From Mytilus californianus (taxonomy: Eukaryota), in assembly GCF_021869535.1 (NCBI RefSeq), contig NW_026262690.1, positions 117,986,001-118,050,000 on the forward strand: a stretch of 64,000 nucleotides of DNA. Reading direction: 5' to 3'. Under the pieces are notes generated by a model that was not told the DNA's origin, searched no databases, and worked only from the letters and a program-made list of their open reading frames with translations. Below are positions 26,701 to 39,345 of the stretch, in pieces. Positions within the stretch are counted from its first letter, which is position 1. Each line of letters begins with the position of its first letter. A program made the translations under genes and the position numbers.

Positions 26701-29700
26701 TGTGAAATCCATATATGTACATCTTAGTGGTTGTCATCATAGAGGTTGTCAGCATAGAGGTTGTCAGCATAGAGGTTGTCAGCATAGAGGTTGTCATCAT
26801 CTCTTTATCGTTGATGACTGTTCATTTAATTTAAGGATGTTGTGCTAACATTATCTTTGATTATCTCAGTTGGTTTGTCTCTCAGGTTATACTTTTTCTG
26901 GAGAGTTAAGATATTACTGTACAGTGTGCATGGCTTATTAACATACTAAACCAAAATACATTTTGTACTGAGATCTTCATTTTTTATCTGGATGCTGTTT
27001 CAATTTTCCATGCAGGTTTTTTTTTTTCAAAGCAAGCAACATCCATCAAATTTTATCAGAACTGCTTCATAAGTTCATAATCACCCCCTTTAAATTTTAC
27101 AGAAAGCATTAGGTTGCTACAATCAGTGAAGGAATCTCATTATCAAACTAAAAAATATGTTTACATTACTCTGGAAGTGTTAGGGTTTAGCTATTTGAAT
27201 AAATGAACTTTCAGTAAAACAATAATTCCTGACAAACTTACTGTTCCATTACAGTGATTACACATATCCCACATTGGTATCAGACCAAATGTGATCTTAC
27301 TGCCATCTGGTGTAGGGATCTGATTTTGTCTGGTCATAACTGTAGAAACTGCCCATCTGAAAAAATATTGAAGAAGTGTTTGAAATCATAAATAAATTAC
27401 ACCAAGATTGTGTCATAATTGATAATTTTTTTAACTCCATGAACACAAACTCAAATCTAAAATTTATAACAAAACAGTTATCTCCCCTTTGTAAATATAA
27501 ATAAATGAAATACATACAAAAAACTAAGAGCTATAAGCTTGCATTAATAACATTTTGTTTTTTTAAATCCCATAAAAACTGGACAAAAGTATTATTACAA
27601 CTATGTCTCACCTGTAATCATCAAAAGTAAAGCAGTCTTTTATTGGCAGCTTTGATGTTGTTGGCAAATTCTAAAAGAATCCAAAACAATTAAAGTAATT
27701 TAAAGTGTAACAAGCAATGTTGCTTGCCTAGAAATATTAAATATTCTAAAATGTCTTGGAATCTCCTTGACTAATTACAGAAATAATTATTCTTTACTGG
27801 AAGTTGGAACTGTTAAAACAGTATCTTTATACTTTTGTCAATTGAAGCTCAACATTACATAATAATGGTGATTTTCATGTTTTCTTTTAAAATTTAAATA
27901 GGAAGTCAGATAAAACAAGTGAATCTGTGAGCTACTGCCCACTAATGATACCCCCGTCTCGCTAAAAGTATAAGGTAAACAGGAATTTGTTGAGTGATGA
28001 ATCTGAAATCGCATCACACGGTATAGCTGACTCATATAAACCCTGAAAGCAAATTACAGAAATCCTTGTAAAGTAGTTCCTGAGAAAGATGCGACGAAAA
28101 ATATTCATGAGACGGACGGACTGACGGATGGAAAGTCAGAGGTAAAACAGTATACCCCCACTTTTTTAATGAAAAGTTCTGTTATCAAACCAGGAGGAGG
28201 CAAGTACATTATATGTCATGGTTTGTAGCTGCATCCTTCACCCACAAACCGTTATAAACATCATATCTTTGGAACAGCCAAAAATTGCAATTCAAGATGT
28301 GAGTCAACACAGATTAACTGTAAAGATGACTAAATAACATATTCAAAGAAGCTGCAGTTAGTTACCTGAAATAATCTGTAAAAGTAGGCATACTGTCTTG
28401 CTATGTTTTTTAACTGATTATAACAATCACCTAGAAAAGATATGTATAATAAAACATCATTATACTGAATTTATTATTGTTTTAAGCATGAGAATAAGTG
28501 TCTGTACATTTCAAAATTTGTACAATAACAACCCTGATCTGAAATATAAATAATTATTTATGTTGATCCAGTTTGCAGGTATGGATTCAGAAACTTGGTT
28601 TACAGAACGTAGATGCTTTAAATTGGTTACATGCATACAAAGCAACGCAAAATGGTAATTGCATATTTGGCATGTCTATAATAAAAACATCAGGCATTTC
28701 TTTAAAAGGTATGTAAGAATTTTTACCAAATTTTTCTCTTTCTTTATTGTATACAGTGGAATCATTTTTTGAGGAATATTACTTTATATCCATCTTCTTG
28801 TTCTATCTACACTTTCTCCTTTACTTCAAGTCACCATGGAAACATATCTAGTTTTATAAAAAACAGATGAAATAATGTATTGTTGCCTCAAAGACTGCTA
28901 CATCATATCAATGCTTAAAGAAATTTTCAGAATGATCCCTCAACAAAATGTACGCCAGATTCTTAAAACAAAACAAGGCTTCTGATAACTGGACCTTTGC
29001 ACCAATGGGGATAAACCTACTTATTCCAAGGGAGATAACTTACTTTGTACAGGAGAGCCTTTCAAAAGTTTGATTTCATCCTCTGTAAAGTAGAGTGGTG
29101 TACAATATGAATCTGGTAATACATCTATCATAAGTTAAGGTTATAAATATATAGCCATTTGTCACTCTATGCATTATGTCTCAAGTTGGTAGTAACAACT
29201 TGTATTGGGACTTTGAAGTGTAAGGACCAAAGGGTGGACCTTGGAGTGTAAGGACCAAAGGGTTTTTCCAAAAACTGAGAATCAGGGCTACTATGGTTTT
29301 AAACTTGAGTGTTCTTGGTTAAGCTGATAAACTCCACACTTAACAACAACATAAAAAGAATTAGGTCAACATATCCAAGCAAATTAGGTGAACAATTTCA
29401 ATTTAATTACACTGTTGAAATTCTGTCACTGGTGTCCATCATAAGCCTTGGAATAGGTATTATAAATGCTATACAATGACAATGTATTTTGTTTATTTTC
29501 CACAAGAGTTAAAAAAAAAATCCTACTAGTTTTTATTTTATATAAATTGTAGCTGAAGCCTAAAGTTACATTTTTGTAGCATGGGAAAGGGGAGGTAAGT
29601 CATTGTATTTTAATGAAAAAGTCCATTAAGAGTAGAAAACGGCTTTGTTAATTATGTAGCTTCCAAAATATTACCAGACATCATTGAGTGTATATGTTTG

Positions 29701-32700
29701 AGAAAGATTCTTGAAATAACAAAACGATATAATGCTTTATATGAATAATTGACCATTTGTAAGTCAGTTTCAGCTAAGTGAAAAATATATAAAAGGATAT
29801 CAACATAAGGTTTCCAGAATGATTCAGGTATCTTCTTCTCACAGAGCAGGTGTAGTGCTAGTAGTATACTGGGCATGGCTTGTAACATTTTATCTTGTCC
29901 TATTAATGGCCCTACAAAAAAAAATGCATAAACTGTGGTCTAAAATGGGTTATAATGATTTACGTAATACACATAAACATTTGAATATTGTAAACACTCA
30001 GTAATAAAAATATAAAATATGATTGTCAATATTAAAAAAAATATGCAGATTGTTTCATCGTTTATGATTTCTCTTTCCATTAACTTATTTATAATTAAAA
30101 TATTTTTATTTCCTCAAAAATGAGCTGACATGCACTGTTAATGACATTTTTATTTAACCATTGTTTTAGTTTTTAAATTTCTATGATGAAATGTGATGAT
30201 GAAATGTGAAGCAGATCTACATGTATCATGATTAAAATATTTGCTGTCTGCTGATCACATAATTGGATTACAATATCCCTCACAACCATATTTGGTGCAG
30301 ATGTTTTCAGTTTTTTTTTTAAAACTTGTTGCCTTATATTTGTATTTGGGATTTGCTCTATTGTTGACATATACCCTGTTTCAACATTTAAAAATCTTTT
30401 ACATTCATGATATCTTAATCCATCATTAAATATTAAAGGCTTTTCCATAAAAACATACATAGGACCCAGGGAAGGCACTTAAAGATGTCAACTGAGAGTT
30501 GGTGTTTTTGGACAGTGAAAGTGTAAGAGATATTATAAATTTGCATCTACAGAAGGAGGTAACCCCATTTTCAAAGTGCCTTCCTGGGTACAATGCTTTA
30601 ATGGAACAGCCCTAAATTTTATATATTACCCAATACTGAATCCCTGGCTGTTTGTGTTGTCATCATGACTTTTCTAGGTATGGTTAAAAATGGATCAGCC
30701 TCCTGCAGAAAGAATATATTGTTAATATATATACACATGTATTGCTCCTAAAAATCTAAAGAAAGTGTGTAATCCTAATGTAACTGAGAAAACTCATTTA
30801 ATGGAAGCCATCTTCAAGTTTCAGATTTTTTTTATAGGTTTCCTGAAAAGAGCAAATTTGCCTTAGAGCTATTGTCAAACCTGCTATAAAGGTCATCTCT
30901 GTTAAAAGAAAACCTGTCTTGTGTTGCTGTAGTAATAAATATGCATTTTGAACCTCAATACAAATGTGGTCCAACTTGTGAGGTCAGTTTTATCTGGTCC
31001 TGAGGGTGACCAATATATACATCTATCATACATTGTATTTTTGTTAATAAGATTATCATCCTTGCTAAAAAAAATTATAGCCGACTATACAGTAATTCTG
31101 TATGTGTTCTCCCTAGAATTTTCAAATAGCACCACGGAAATTAACATAGCACTGGTTTTCCAAAAATATAGCACCATGGCCCCTACACATTCTATTATAA
31201 AATCATCCAAGATAGCACCAGGGTAGAAAATATAGCACCAGGGTACCATGGTGCTTTATGGCCCTGGGGAGAACACTGACTACTGTATGGGTTTTTCTTC
31301 TCAATGCTGAAGGCTGTACGGTTGCCTATAATTGCTTACATCCACTTCATTTGAATTTTGGATAGTTGTATCATTGGCAATCATACCACATCTCCTTATT
31401 TTTGTATTGTGTTAATAAAAAGTTATAAAAGCTATCTATTAATAATTATCTGCTAATCAATTAAGCACTAACTTTGAGATCTTTGGTGGCTTGTAAGTCA
31501 TATTGTTAATCAATTTAGCACTAACTTTGAGATCTTTGGTGGCTTGCAAGCCATATCCACATCCAGGGAAGTTCTTTATCTCTACCACACTTGTTTCTAC
31601 CCCATTACTATGTAACCATTCTGTAAAGCCTGGGAAGTTCTTCTCTCTGTCTACTGCAGGAGTACCTAGAACTAGAAATAAAATATGACTCTCAATACTT
31701 CATGACTGGATAAATATTATATATATGTGTCGAGCCATGTTAGTCACTGCTATTACAAAACAATAAGTTGAAAAAAGACAGACAACATGGACAAAACCAT
31801 GCTCAAAAGAAAAAGACAAATGATTGTCCACATACCACTAGTGACTTCACAGAAAATTAAAGACTGAGAAATACTAACAAATCTTAAAGGTCATGTCAGG
31901 AACTATGTAAGGGTAAAAAGTTCATGCGCTACTAGTGGTCCTTTACAAATCTTTATAAATGACTTTGAAACACTACAGTAGTGCATGTTTTGCAAATCAA
32001 GTGTTGAAAATCGGTCAGAAAAAAAACATTTGGTCTGAACAAAGTGAACAGTTATTGCCAGTTAATACATGTACATGTAGATTTAAAGTTATTTGATTTA
32101 TATTAAGTAAAATTAAACCTCTACATTTACGTTTGCTTGTAGAAACACATAAACAATTAATATAGAAGAATTGTCTAATTTATAACTTTTTTTTATCATA
32201 ATAATCTGTGTAGTAGATACAGTGTGGTAACCATTTTAAAAATGATTAAAATGTGTCATTTACCTAATTGTCACAGGTGTTGTTTATATAACAATATAAA
32301 TACTTTCCACTTGCTCAATATGACTTTTATTTGAATTCCACTATCATGAGCAATTGAGTTAAAAAGTCTTGATTTCTAATACTGTCCTTCATGTAGAAAT
32401 AAAGTCTGTATATTTGTTTTTACAAATTGCCCCTGTTCATAAACCTATTATAATTATAGGTTCTTGTATGGTCCTCATTGTCTGAATCATAAAATTGAGA
32501 ATGGAAATGGGGAATGTGTCAAAGAGACAACAACTCGACCAAAGAGCAGAAAACAGGTCAAGGCCACAATGGGGCTTCTACACAGCAAGAAAATACTGCA
32601 CCCTGAGGCTGGCTTTAGCTGGCCCTAAAAAAAATGTATACTGGTTCAGAGAAAATGGATGTCGCACTAAACTCAAAAACATATAAATGAACCAAATAAG

Positions 32701-33853
32701 ATATAAAGGGACAGAGTTTATAGTGACATGCTGGCATAGTTTTTTTCTATAGAAAATTAACAGCCTGATATATATATATATATATATATATTTTAAAAAA
32801 ATAAAAGAAAGAGTTATAAAAGACAGCAACCACTGAAAGTCTCTAGAATACAGGCTTCTGGCTCTGGACAGGAATATTTGAATAAAAATTTGAAATGACA
32901 AATTACAAGGATTCTTGATAAGCATGTTATTATCAGCAAGACCTATTGGTACCATAACAATAATTTAACATGCCCTTTTATATGTACAGTGTATCAACGA
33001 ATCTAGTTATAATATGACATCATAATGAACTAGATAAAAATCACTGCATCTCAAATTACTGGCTAACTGCACCAGACAATTAAACCAACATGTAGTTCAA
33101 ATTAGTGTTGACCACATGATTGGGCATTTTATAACCAATGAGAGAAGATATTTAATTAAACTAACCTGACTGTAAGGTTGAGCATTTCATAACCAATGAG
33201 AGAAGAGATTTAAACTAACCTGACTGTAAAGTTGAACATTTTATAACCAATGAGAGAAGAGATTTAAACTAACCTGACTGTAAAGTTGAACATTTTATAA
33301 CCAATGAGAGAAGAGATTTAAACTAACCTGACTGTAAAGTTGAACATTTTATAACCAATGAGAGAAAAGATTTAAACTAACCTGACTGTAAATTTATCAG
33401 TTTATCAACTAGAGCCTTGATCTTCATATACTCCTCCAACTCTTTTGGACCAGCTGCATTCACAGGATTGGAACAAACTGAAATACATGCGATATTTATG
33501 AAAAGCTTGCTGATTATAATGCAAATATCTAATAGTTTTAGTTTCAGAATGGATGAAAAATTTCTATCACTTTCAACCTTCCTAGATCACCTGATATCAC
33601 CCCCTGGTTTTATGTTTCCAAGTAGTTTAAAGTATTGTGTGTTGTGAACATGTTTCATTGCTTTGAGGTTGGCCAAAAACAATTGCCCTATTAGATATAG
33701 ATATACATCATTTGTACATGTTACTGAATATTTACCTTCTAATAGTTGATTGACTGTATCCAAGACTTCTTTCTTTTCACCTTTTGATAATTCCTTATGT
33801 TCAGGAGAAGCTGCAGCTGGCTTTTCTTTATTCTTTTTACTTTTCTTTCCCAT
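20728..33853 (-). CDS. SETD3: Actin-histidine N-methyltransferase SETD3, 15 coding exons, 511 aa
   Basis: Exons 33853-33736, 33477-33382, 31665-31526, 30702-30630, 29911-29801, 29124-29044, 28430-28366, 27670-27612, 27356-27242, 26306-26232, 24335-24236, 23514-23448, 22937-22852, 22472-22312, 20916-20728. All phases are compatible and sum to 1536 nt. Diagnostic peptides: MGKKS, NIARQYAYFY, WAVSTVMTRQNQIP, LIPMWDMCNH, IFYGARSNAELLVHNGF, ENEEKLWKFLETR. Confidence 0.97.
21293..22276 (-). mobile_element. Non-autonomous Helentron-type (HINE/pearl-like) element with ~160-bp internal array, in the last SETD3 intron
   Basis: Subterminal inverted repeats ATACGCCCGTC/GACGGGCGTAT, (GACA/GACG)n microsatellite near 22200, terminal hairpin TGCGC-TCATG-GCGCA, repeat anchors at 21532, 21691, 21853 and 22015. 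Confidence 0.8.
25830..26062 (-). mobile_element. Degenerate copy of the 16882-17142 SINE
   Basis: Collinear similarity (GGAAAACT..CAA.CCT, GAACTCACAA, TTGAC.GGCTAGTGAT, GCCACC.AGGCCCC). Confidence 0.65.
26729..26800. repeat. 15-bp minisatellite, 4.8 copies
   Basis: GGTTGTCA(G/T)CATAGA tandem inside a SETD3 intron. Confidence 0.95.
29125..29800 (-). other. U12-type intron with AT-AG termini in SETD3
   Basis: 5' end ATATCCTTTT; branch site CCTTAAC (29140-29134) followed by only 9 nt to the terminal TAG; splicing gives in-frame FWKPYV-D-VLPDSYCTPLYF. Confidence 0.9.
30433..30613. mobile_element. Degenerate PIF/Harbinger-type MITE
   Basis: Imperfect TIRs GGCT.TTCCAT.AAA...CCCAGG.AAGGCACTT, related to the intact copy at 55299-55487. 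Confidence 0.55.
31102..31278. mobile_element. hAT-like MITE remnant
   Basis: TIR-like GTGTTCTCCCTAG / CTGGGGAGAACACTG; flanking 8-mers AATTCTGT and ACTACTGT match at 6 of 8 positions. Confidence 0.4.
32494..32705 (+). mobile_element. Interspersed repeat family C (TTGAGAATGGAAATGGGGAATGTGTCAAAGAGACAAC...)
   Basis: Second copy, inverted, at about 35695-35845. Confidence 0.85.
33125..33392. repeat. 54-bp tandem repeat (5 copies) spanning the SETD3 coding exon 2 donor
   Basis: Units start at 33125, 33183, 33237, 33291 and 33345; each contains minus-strand TTACAGTCAG|GTTAGTTTAA. Confidence 0.95.
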
Positions 33854-34828
33854 TATTATTCTCACCTTTCTGAACAAAGAATGTTCATACAATCAAAATA
33901 ACAGTAAACTTATTTGAATCAAATAAATTAAAAAAAACAAGGGTAAAACTTAATGCCCCCTCCGCTACGGCGGGGACATAAAAAAAAACCACATAATAAA
34001 CCATTATTCATTATTTAATTATTTTGTAATGTTTATACTTTTCTTGTAAATATATGGATGGAATCACTTTCAGTTTATTGATATTCTATTGTCGGTTCAT
34101 ATGTATTGTAAAGGCCATCCTTCCAACTGACCATATTGCCTAGTTTAAAGCAGAATCTAAAAGATTTTATTGTCTTTCCAATTTTTTCTTCAAAAAATAA
34201 TGTTTTGAGTTGTTTGAGTGGACTACAAATCTTTTTTTCAAGATTCATAATTGACTTTTGTAATAAGATTGACCAAAATCGAGTGAAAATGTTGTCAAAA
34301 TATTAGAAAATACAAATGTTCAATGTACCATTGTGCAGGCATGAAATAGAGGATGTTTGGACATGTGTAAATTAGGATTTGACTACGAGAAAACATGTTA
34401 TTTTCAGAGTTTTGAAGCTAGGCCTACGTAATATGTGGGTTTTACTGTCGCAAATTGAGTTTTCCTGGTTGTATAAATAAGGTTAGTGTAAACAGAACAG
34501 CAAATTTATGTATTGATTCTTTTGCCCTAAGAGTAGATATACTGTGATTTTACTTGTTGACGATATATAGATCATTTGTGCGTCTTCATATTACATGTAT
34601 TAGACATTTTCTAGTTTTTTTGGGCCTAATTCCTCTTACTATCAAAATAAATAGTACCCTCTCAAATAGCACTGGTAATGCTATCGAAGTCTGGATCTAT
34701 ATTACACATTTTTTAAAAGTCAAATTTTATAGTCTTAAAATTTACCATAAATGGCAATACCCCATCTAAAACTAAAGACTGTGTTGAGTAAAACTAAAAG
34801 ACAGAGACGGTACAAATAGCTGACTTAC

Positions 34829-34990
34829 CAGTGAATGAATTAAGACTGAAAATAGCTATTGGAAAAGTGAAATGCTATAAATATTGTTAAAGGCTTTGAT
34901 AAGTTCTACCACCAGCTGACAATGTGATATTAAATTTCAACAGTGGTATCTTACTAATTCCAACTTCCGCTGTGTTCTACGTCACCATAT
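34829..34990 (-). promoter_or_regulatory. Probable SETD3 non-coding first exon and promoter
   Basis: Strong minus-strand donor CTG|GTAAGT at 34829/34828; ETS-type ACTTCCG at 34963-34969 and half-CRE TACGTCA at 34978-34984. The TSS cannot be fixed from sequence alone. Confidence 0.45.
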
Positions 34991-35845
34991 CTCGTATGTC
35001 GTTAAAGTGTAAAAATATTAAATACAAATAAAACTTAATGCGTATTAACATAATTAAAAAAAATCATTTAAAATTCAATAATATGAAAAACAATTTTTAA
35101 AATACTGAAAAACAAAATGACTTGATATTTCTACGACATGCCAAAAACAAGTCTGAAAAGTTACGTTTGGTATTTTGAAACACTAGAGATTTATCAGTAA
35201 AACAGATTATTCACGTTTCAAAACAGGTATAATAAATTGAACACAGACGGTGTGTAAGCTAGTTTACAATATTTTTCAAGTTATGATCGAATAGGGACAC
35301 AGATTTTCTGAGAAAGCTAGTACTATACATGATTTATCACTGACAAAATAATGTGAATTCATTTTATTTATATCAGTCATCATGTAACTAGAAAACAACA
35401 ACCTATTATTGTTGAATATACAATGTACACTACATACTCAAATGTTAATATCAACAGAAAATATTCTGGCATTAACTGGAGGGACAGTAGAGGGCTTTAG
35501 ATAAGAAAATATACAATTTGGGTTTTCTGGTAATTACAATGTATGTTCATTTATTGAAATGAAAGGACCTATCTGATGAACGAAATAAGTGGACTTCAGT
35601 GTAACAATGATAATATGAGGCAACTGCTGAAATAACTTAGGCATTCATAAGACAACAAATATAACGTGGAACGTACATTGTATATTAAAATCTACCTATA
35701 TTTGTTTAGGGGCCAGCTGAAGGACGCCTCCGGGTGCGGGAGTTTCTCTCGCTGCATTGAAGACCCATTGGTGGCCTTCGGCTGTTGTCTGCTCTATGGT
35801 CGGGTTGTTGTCTCTTTGACACATTCCCCATTTCCATTCTCAATT

Positions 35846-37938
35846 TTAAGAACACATAAAGTAACCAAGGATGTGACGTTACATAAGGAACACCAAAGTG
35901 TAACGTTACGTTATGCGCAATTAAAGTCATTACATTTCTCCATTTCTTCAAAAGTTTTGATCAATCATTTCAAATAAAGTGCTGTTGAATAAATTAATGT
36001 TCAAAATTAAAGTTTAAATTTTACAGTCCATATTTCACTGATGATATCATATTTGATATTTACAGCTGTCTATATTTGAAATCACACTACACAGTCTCTA
36101 AATCTAGCAGGTGGTCTTCTTGTTCGGATTGGCATCTCTCTTCTTCATCCTTGTGCAACCATGTGTTTATCTCCATTCTGTTTAGTGTGCATCAAAATTC
36201 TATCTTGCCACTTATGATTTGAGTTCGGAATGTCAATGTTATTTGCGAGTTTGAAGTGTGAAGAGTCACGAAACACTTTTCTTCCGTCTGACTTTCGTTG
36301 AGCTCCTATGCTTGATCCGGATATTTTGTATACGATATACGGTTCAAGTTCATATGCAGTTGACCATTTATTCCTTTTCTCTTGCTTGAATATGACACGG
36401 TCACTGATTTTAAACGAATGTTCTCTATACCTCCTTTTTGTGAATGTTTATTTAAAACATTTTGTTTGTATTCTTTGTCTCTTTGTTTGATCTTCTTGTT
36501 CGTGTTTTCAGTTTTATTGCTGTTCCTTACGTGGTCTAATTTAGTCCTTGCTGCTTTGTTTTTTATATCTGGTATTTTATGTTCAAATTTTACATTTCCA
36601 CCCTGAATTCCTAATTTATTTAGCTCTTTTAATGTGCCATCTTCTTTTATTTGTAGCATGCCTAATTCAATAAGTGTTTTCTTTCCAATAAGTGGTGGTT
36701 AATTAGTTTTTCCTTTAATCACAATTATTTTTGTTTTTATCCCTCGTGTTGCATTTCTCACTGTTGTAATAAATTCTCCTTTTTCTTTTAAACTGGTTTG
36801 CAAAGTACTCAATTTCGTTTTGCTTTCTAATAATTCAGTTCCATCACTAGTTCTGTTTTTGTATGCTCTGTACTGATACTCGTCCATTACGTTGACGTCG
36901 GCTCCACTATCTGGTTCTACTTCCACTTGTACATCATTCATCATAACTAGTACTGGTTTTGCTTTGTCTCCGATTTTATGTACATTTATTTTCTTAACTG
37001 CTCCCAAATGATTCACTGTACTTCTGAAAAACTCATCATCTGAACATTCTTCTTCGCTTGTGTCTTCCATTGTTTTCCTAACATTCCTACCTTAATTCGT
37101 TCAGTGTGTCATTGATTCCTGAATCGATCATTATCATGGTTTATGGATTGCAATCTCGATTTGCAAACTACAGCAAAATGATTCCTTTTCTGACATTTGT
37201 TATACTGTTTTCCGTAGCTCCTCAATCTTCACGTCGTTCAAACGAATGTGTTTTTCCACAATAATTACAATAATTGTCTGTGTTTTCTCTATATATTGCA
37301 TGCCGTAATTTCTTTGTTTTCCTCCATAATTCGTCACGATTGCAATTTCTCCGGCTCTTGATGCTGTATGTATATCCCTCATGTCATGTATCTGCAATGT
37401 CGTATCTTCTAACTGGTGTACTTCCTGTAACATTTGATCAAGTGTCCAATTTCTGTTAATCGTCTCTTTGATTAGCAATTCATTATCTGTGGTTTGAATA
37501 ATGTGTTCTAAAATTCTGTCATCTTGATTTTCAAACTCACAATCAGCAGCTCTCTCTCATAGTCATGTCGCGTTTGCCACTGTTGACTCTCCATTAATCG
37601 GTCGCATTTTCAGAAATACGCATCTCGCATAATGTTTGTTCTTCTTTGGAGCAAAATGATCATTCAGTTTCTTCTTTATCTTCTCATATACATCCATGCG
37701 TCTGTCTACGGGGTCAGGTGTACTTTTCTCTTATCTTGAAATTTCTTTACCTCCGTAAATTATCATTACGTCCTTTTTGTCCTGGGATCTGTAATGCGAA
37801 AATATCGGAATTCTCTTTCTATTCCTTCTAGCCCCATTCCTCCCACTGACTGCCCGTGGTGAGATGATCCTCCAACGGTGTGAACGGTAAAGTTCTCAAA
37901 TTTCTGTTTCCTGTCACTACTGTAATTCTTTCAGCCAT
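35846..37938 (-). mobile_element. Internally deleted, degenerate Ty3/Gypsy LTR retrotransposon
   Basis: gag from ATG 37938 (QWEEW..IEREFRYF, KLNDHFAPKKNKHYAR, DRILEHIIQT), a CCHC-like knuckle and protease PDSGADVNVM, then a short pol-end-like tail with no RT, RNase H or integrase. Polypurine tract GAAGAAATGGAGAAA (35949-35935) is followed by TG at 35934. Stops and frameshifts present. Confidence 0.85.
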
Positions 37939-38002
37939 TTTTCTTTTTTTTCACTTTTTATGCCTTTAAATCTCTTCTTTCAATTGCTTTTCATTTCATT
38001 TC

Positions 38003-38321
38003 ATACAAATTTATGGGAAATATTATGTTCCTACTACAGTAATCATATACAAATTTGTGGGAAATATTATGTTCCTACTACAGTAATCATATACAAATTT
38101 ATGGGAAATATTATGTTCCTACTTCAGTAATCATATACAAATTTATGGGAAATATTATGTTCCTACTACAGTAATCATATACAAATTTATGGGAAATATT
38201 ATGTTCCTACTTCAGTAATCATATACAAATTTATGGGAAATATTATGTTCCTACTTCAGTAATCACACACAAATTTGTGGGAAATATTATGTTCCTACTA
38301 CAGTAATCATATACAAATTTG
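38003..38321. repeat. 44-bp tandem repeat, 7 full copies plus a partial
   Basis: ATACAAATTT(A/G)TGGGAAATATTATGTTCCTACT(A/T)CAGTAATCAT with period 44. Confidence 0.95.
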
Positions 38322-39345
38322 CACACAATTTTATGCTTCTGTATGATGATTTTTGAAAATTCCCTAAAAAAAAACCTGAAAGAAATTTGCCACCATGTTA
38401 TTAAATCTGCTTAGTATGATAACATGATGATAGTATGATATGAAATATGGCAGGTGTTACATTTGCATTGTTATAATTTTTTCATTAAAGTTGCTTAACT
38501 TTGTTAAATTTACAAAATGTATGTATTTTTTTTATGAGAAACAATGAATTTCATAAACATGATAAACAGAATTTTGAATGAATTTTAATTGACATGATAG
38601 TATTACTTTCTTTTCCTTTTTGCTATAAAAAAGTTTCTTTTTTGTGCTACATGTAGATATTTACATGTAGTTGGAACATGTAGTTTCTGACAAGAGGAAA
38701 CAATATGATTGTGCAACTATAAATGATTATTTAAGACATAAACTGAGACAACTTAAGTTGTACTATCAGGCATTTGTCAGGTATGAATTGAACAATATAA
38801 AAAATTATCAAATAAATAGTATTCATGTGGCTCTTTATATTATGGTAAAAAAAAATATTGTAGCACTGCAAGCGAACAAGCACTTTTCTTTAAAGTCTCA
38901 CCACTTCTTCTCCCTATCAGTTTCAAAAAGAGAAGGTACTTCTCCATATGATTCTGAAGTACATGTAGTGTGAGCCCTGAGACTGCCAAGGATGTTTAGC
39001 AAAAGTTATTTCATTTTGACAAAATTTGCCTTAAAATAAAACAATTTTAATGAAAGATAGTTAAATATGGAATTGCTATTATAAATTTATGCTTTAACTT
39101 ATTAATTTAAACCTTGTCTGGACATGCTGGAAGACTGAAACAATAACAACATGTACAAGAACAATTATATTCAGCGTATGTTACTCTGGGAAATGTTGAA
39201 ATCAGGTAATACCCAATATAAAAGTGATTTTTTAACTGAATGTCAATGTGTTTTCTTTTCTTAATTAAGTTGCATATACAAATTCATATGTTTAAGCTAA
39301 TTTGAATTATTTTCAGCACTAACTTGTATTATTATTATCATAGAT

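Noticed and set aside
26654-26848. Cys/His-rich GCQHR repeat peptide (metal-binding-like)
   Set aside because: Translation of a 15-bp intronic minisatellite antisense to SETD3; no supporting gene structure.
35600-35934. Complete 3' LTR of the Gypsy element (TGTAA...TTACA)
   Set aside because: Only a 5-bp terminal match and no second LTR to confirm it; only the PPT-adjacent stub is reported.
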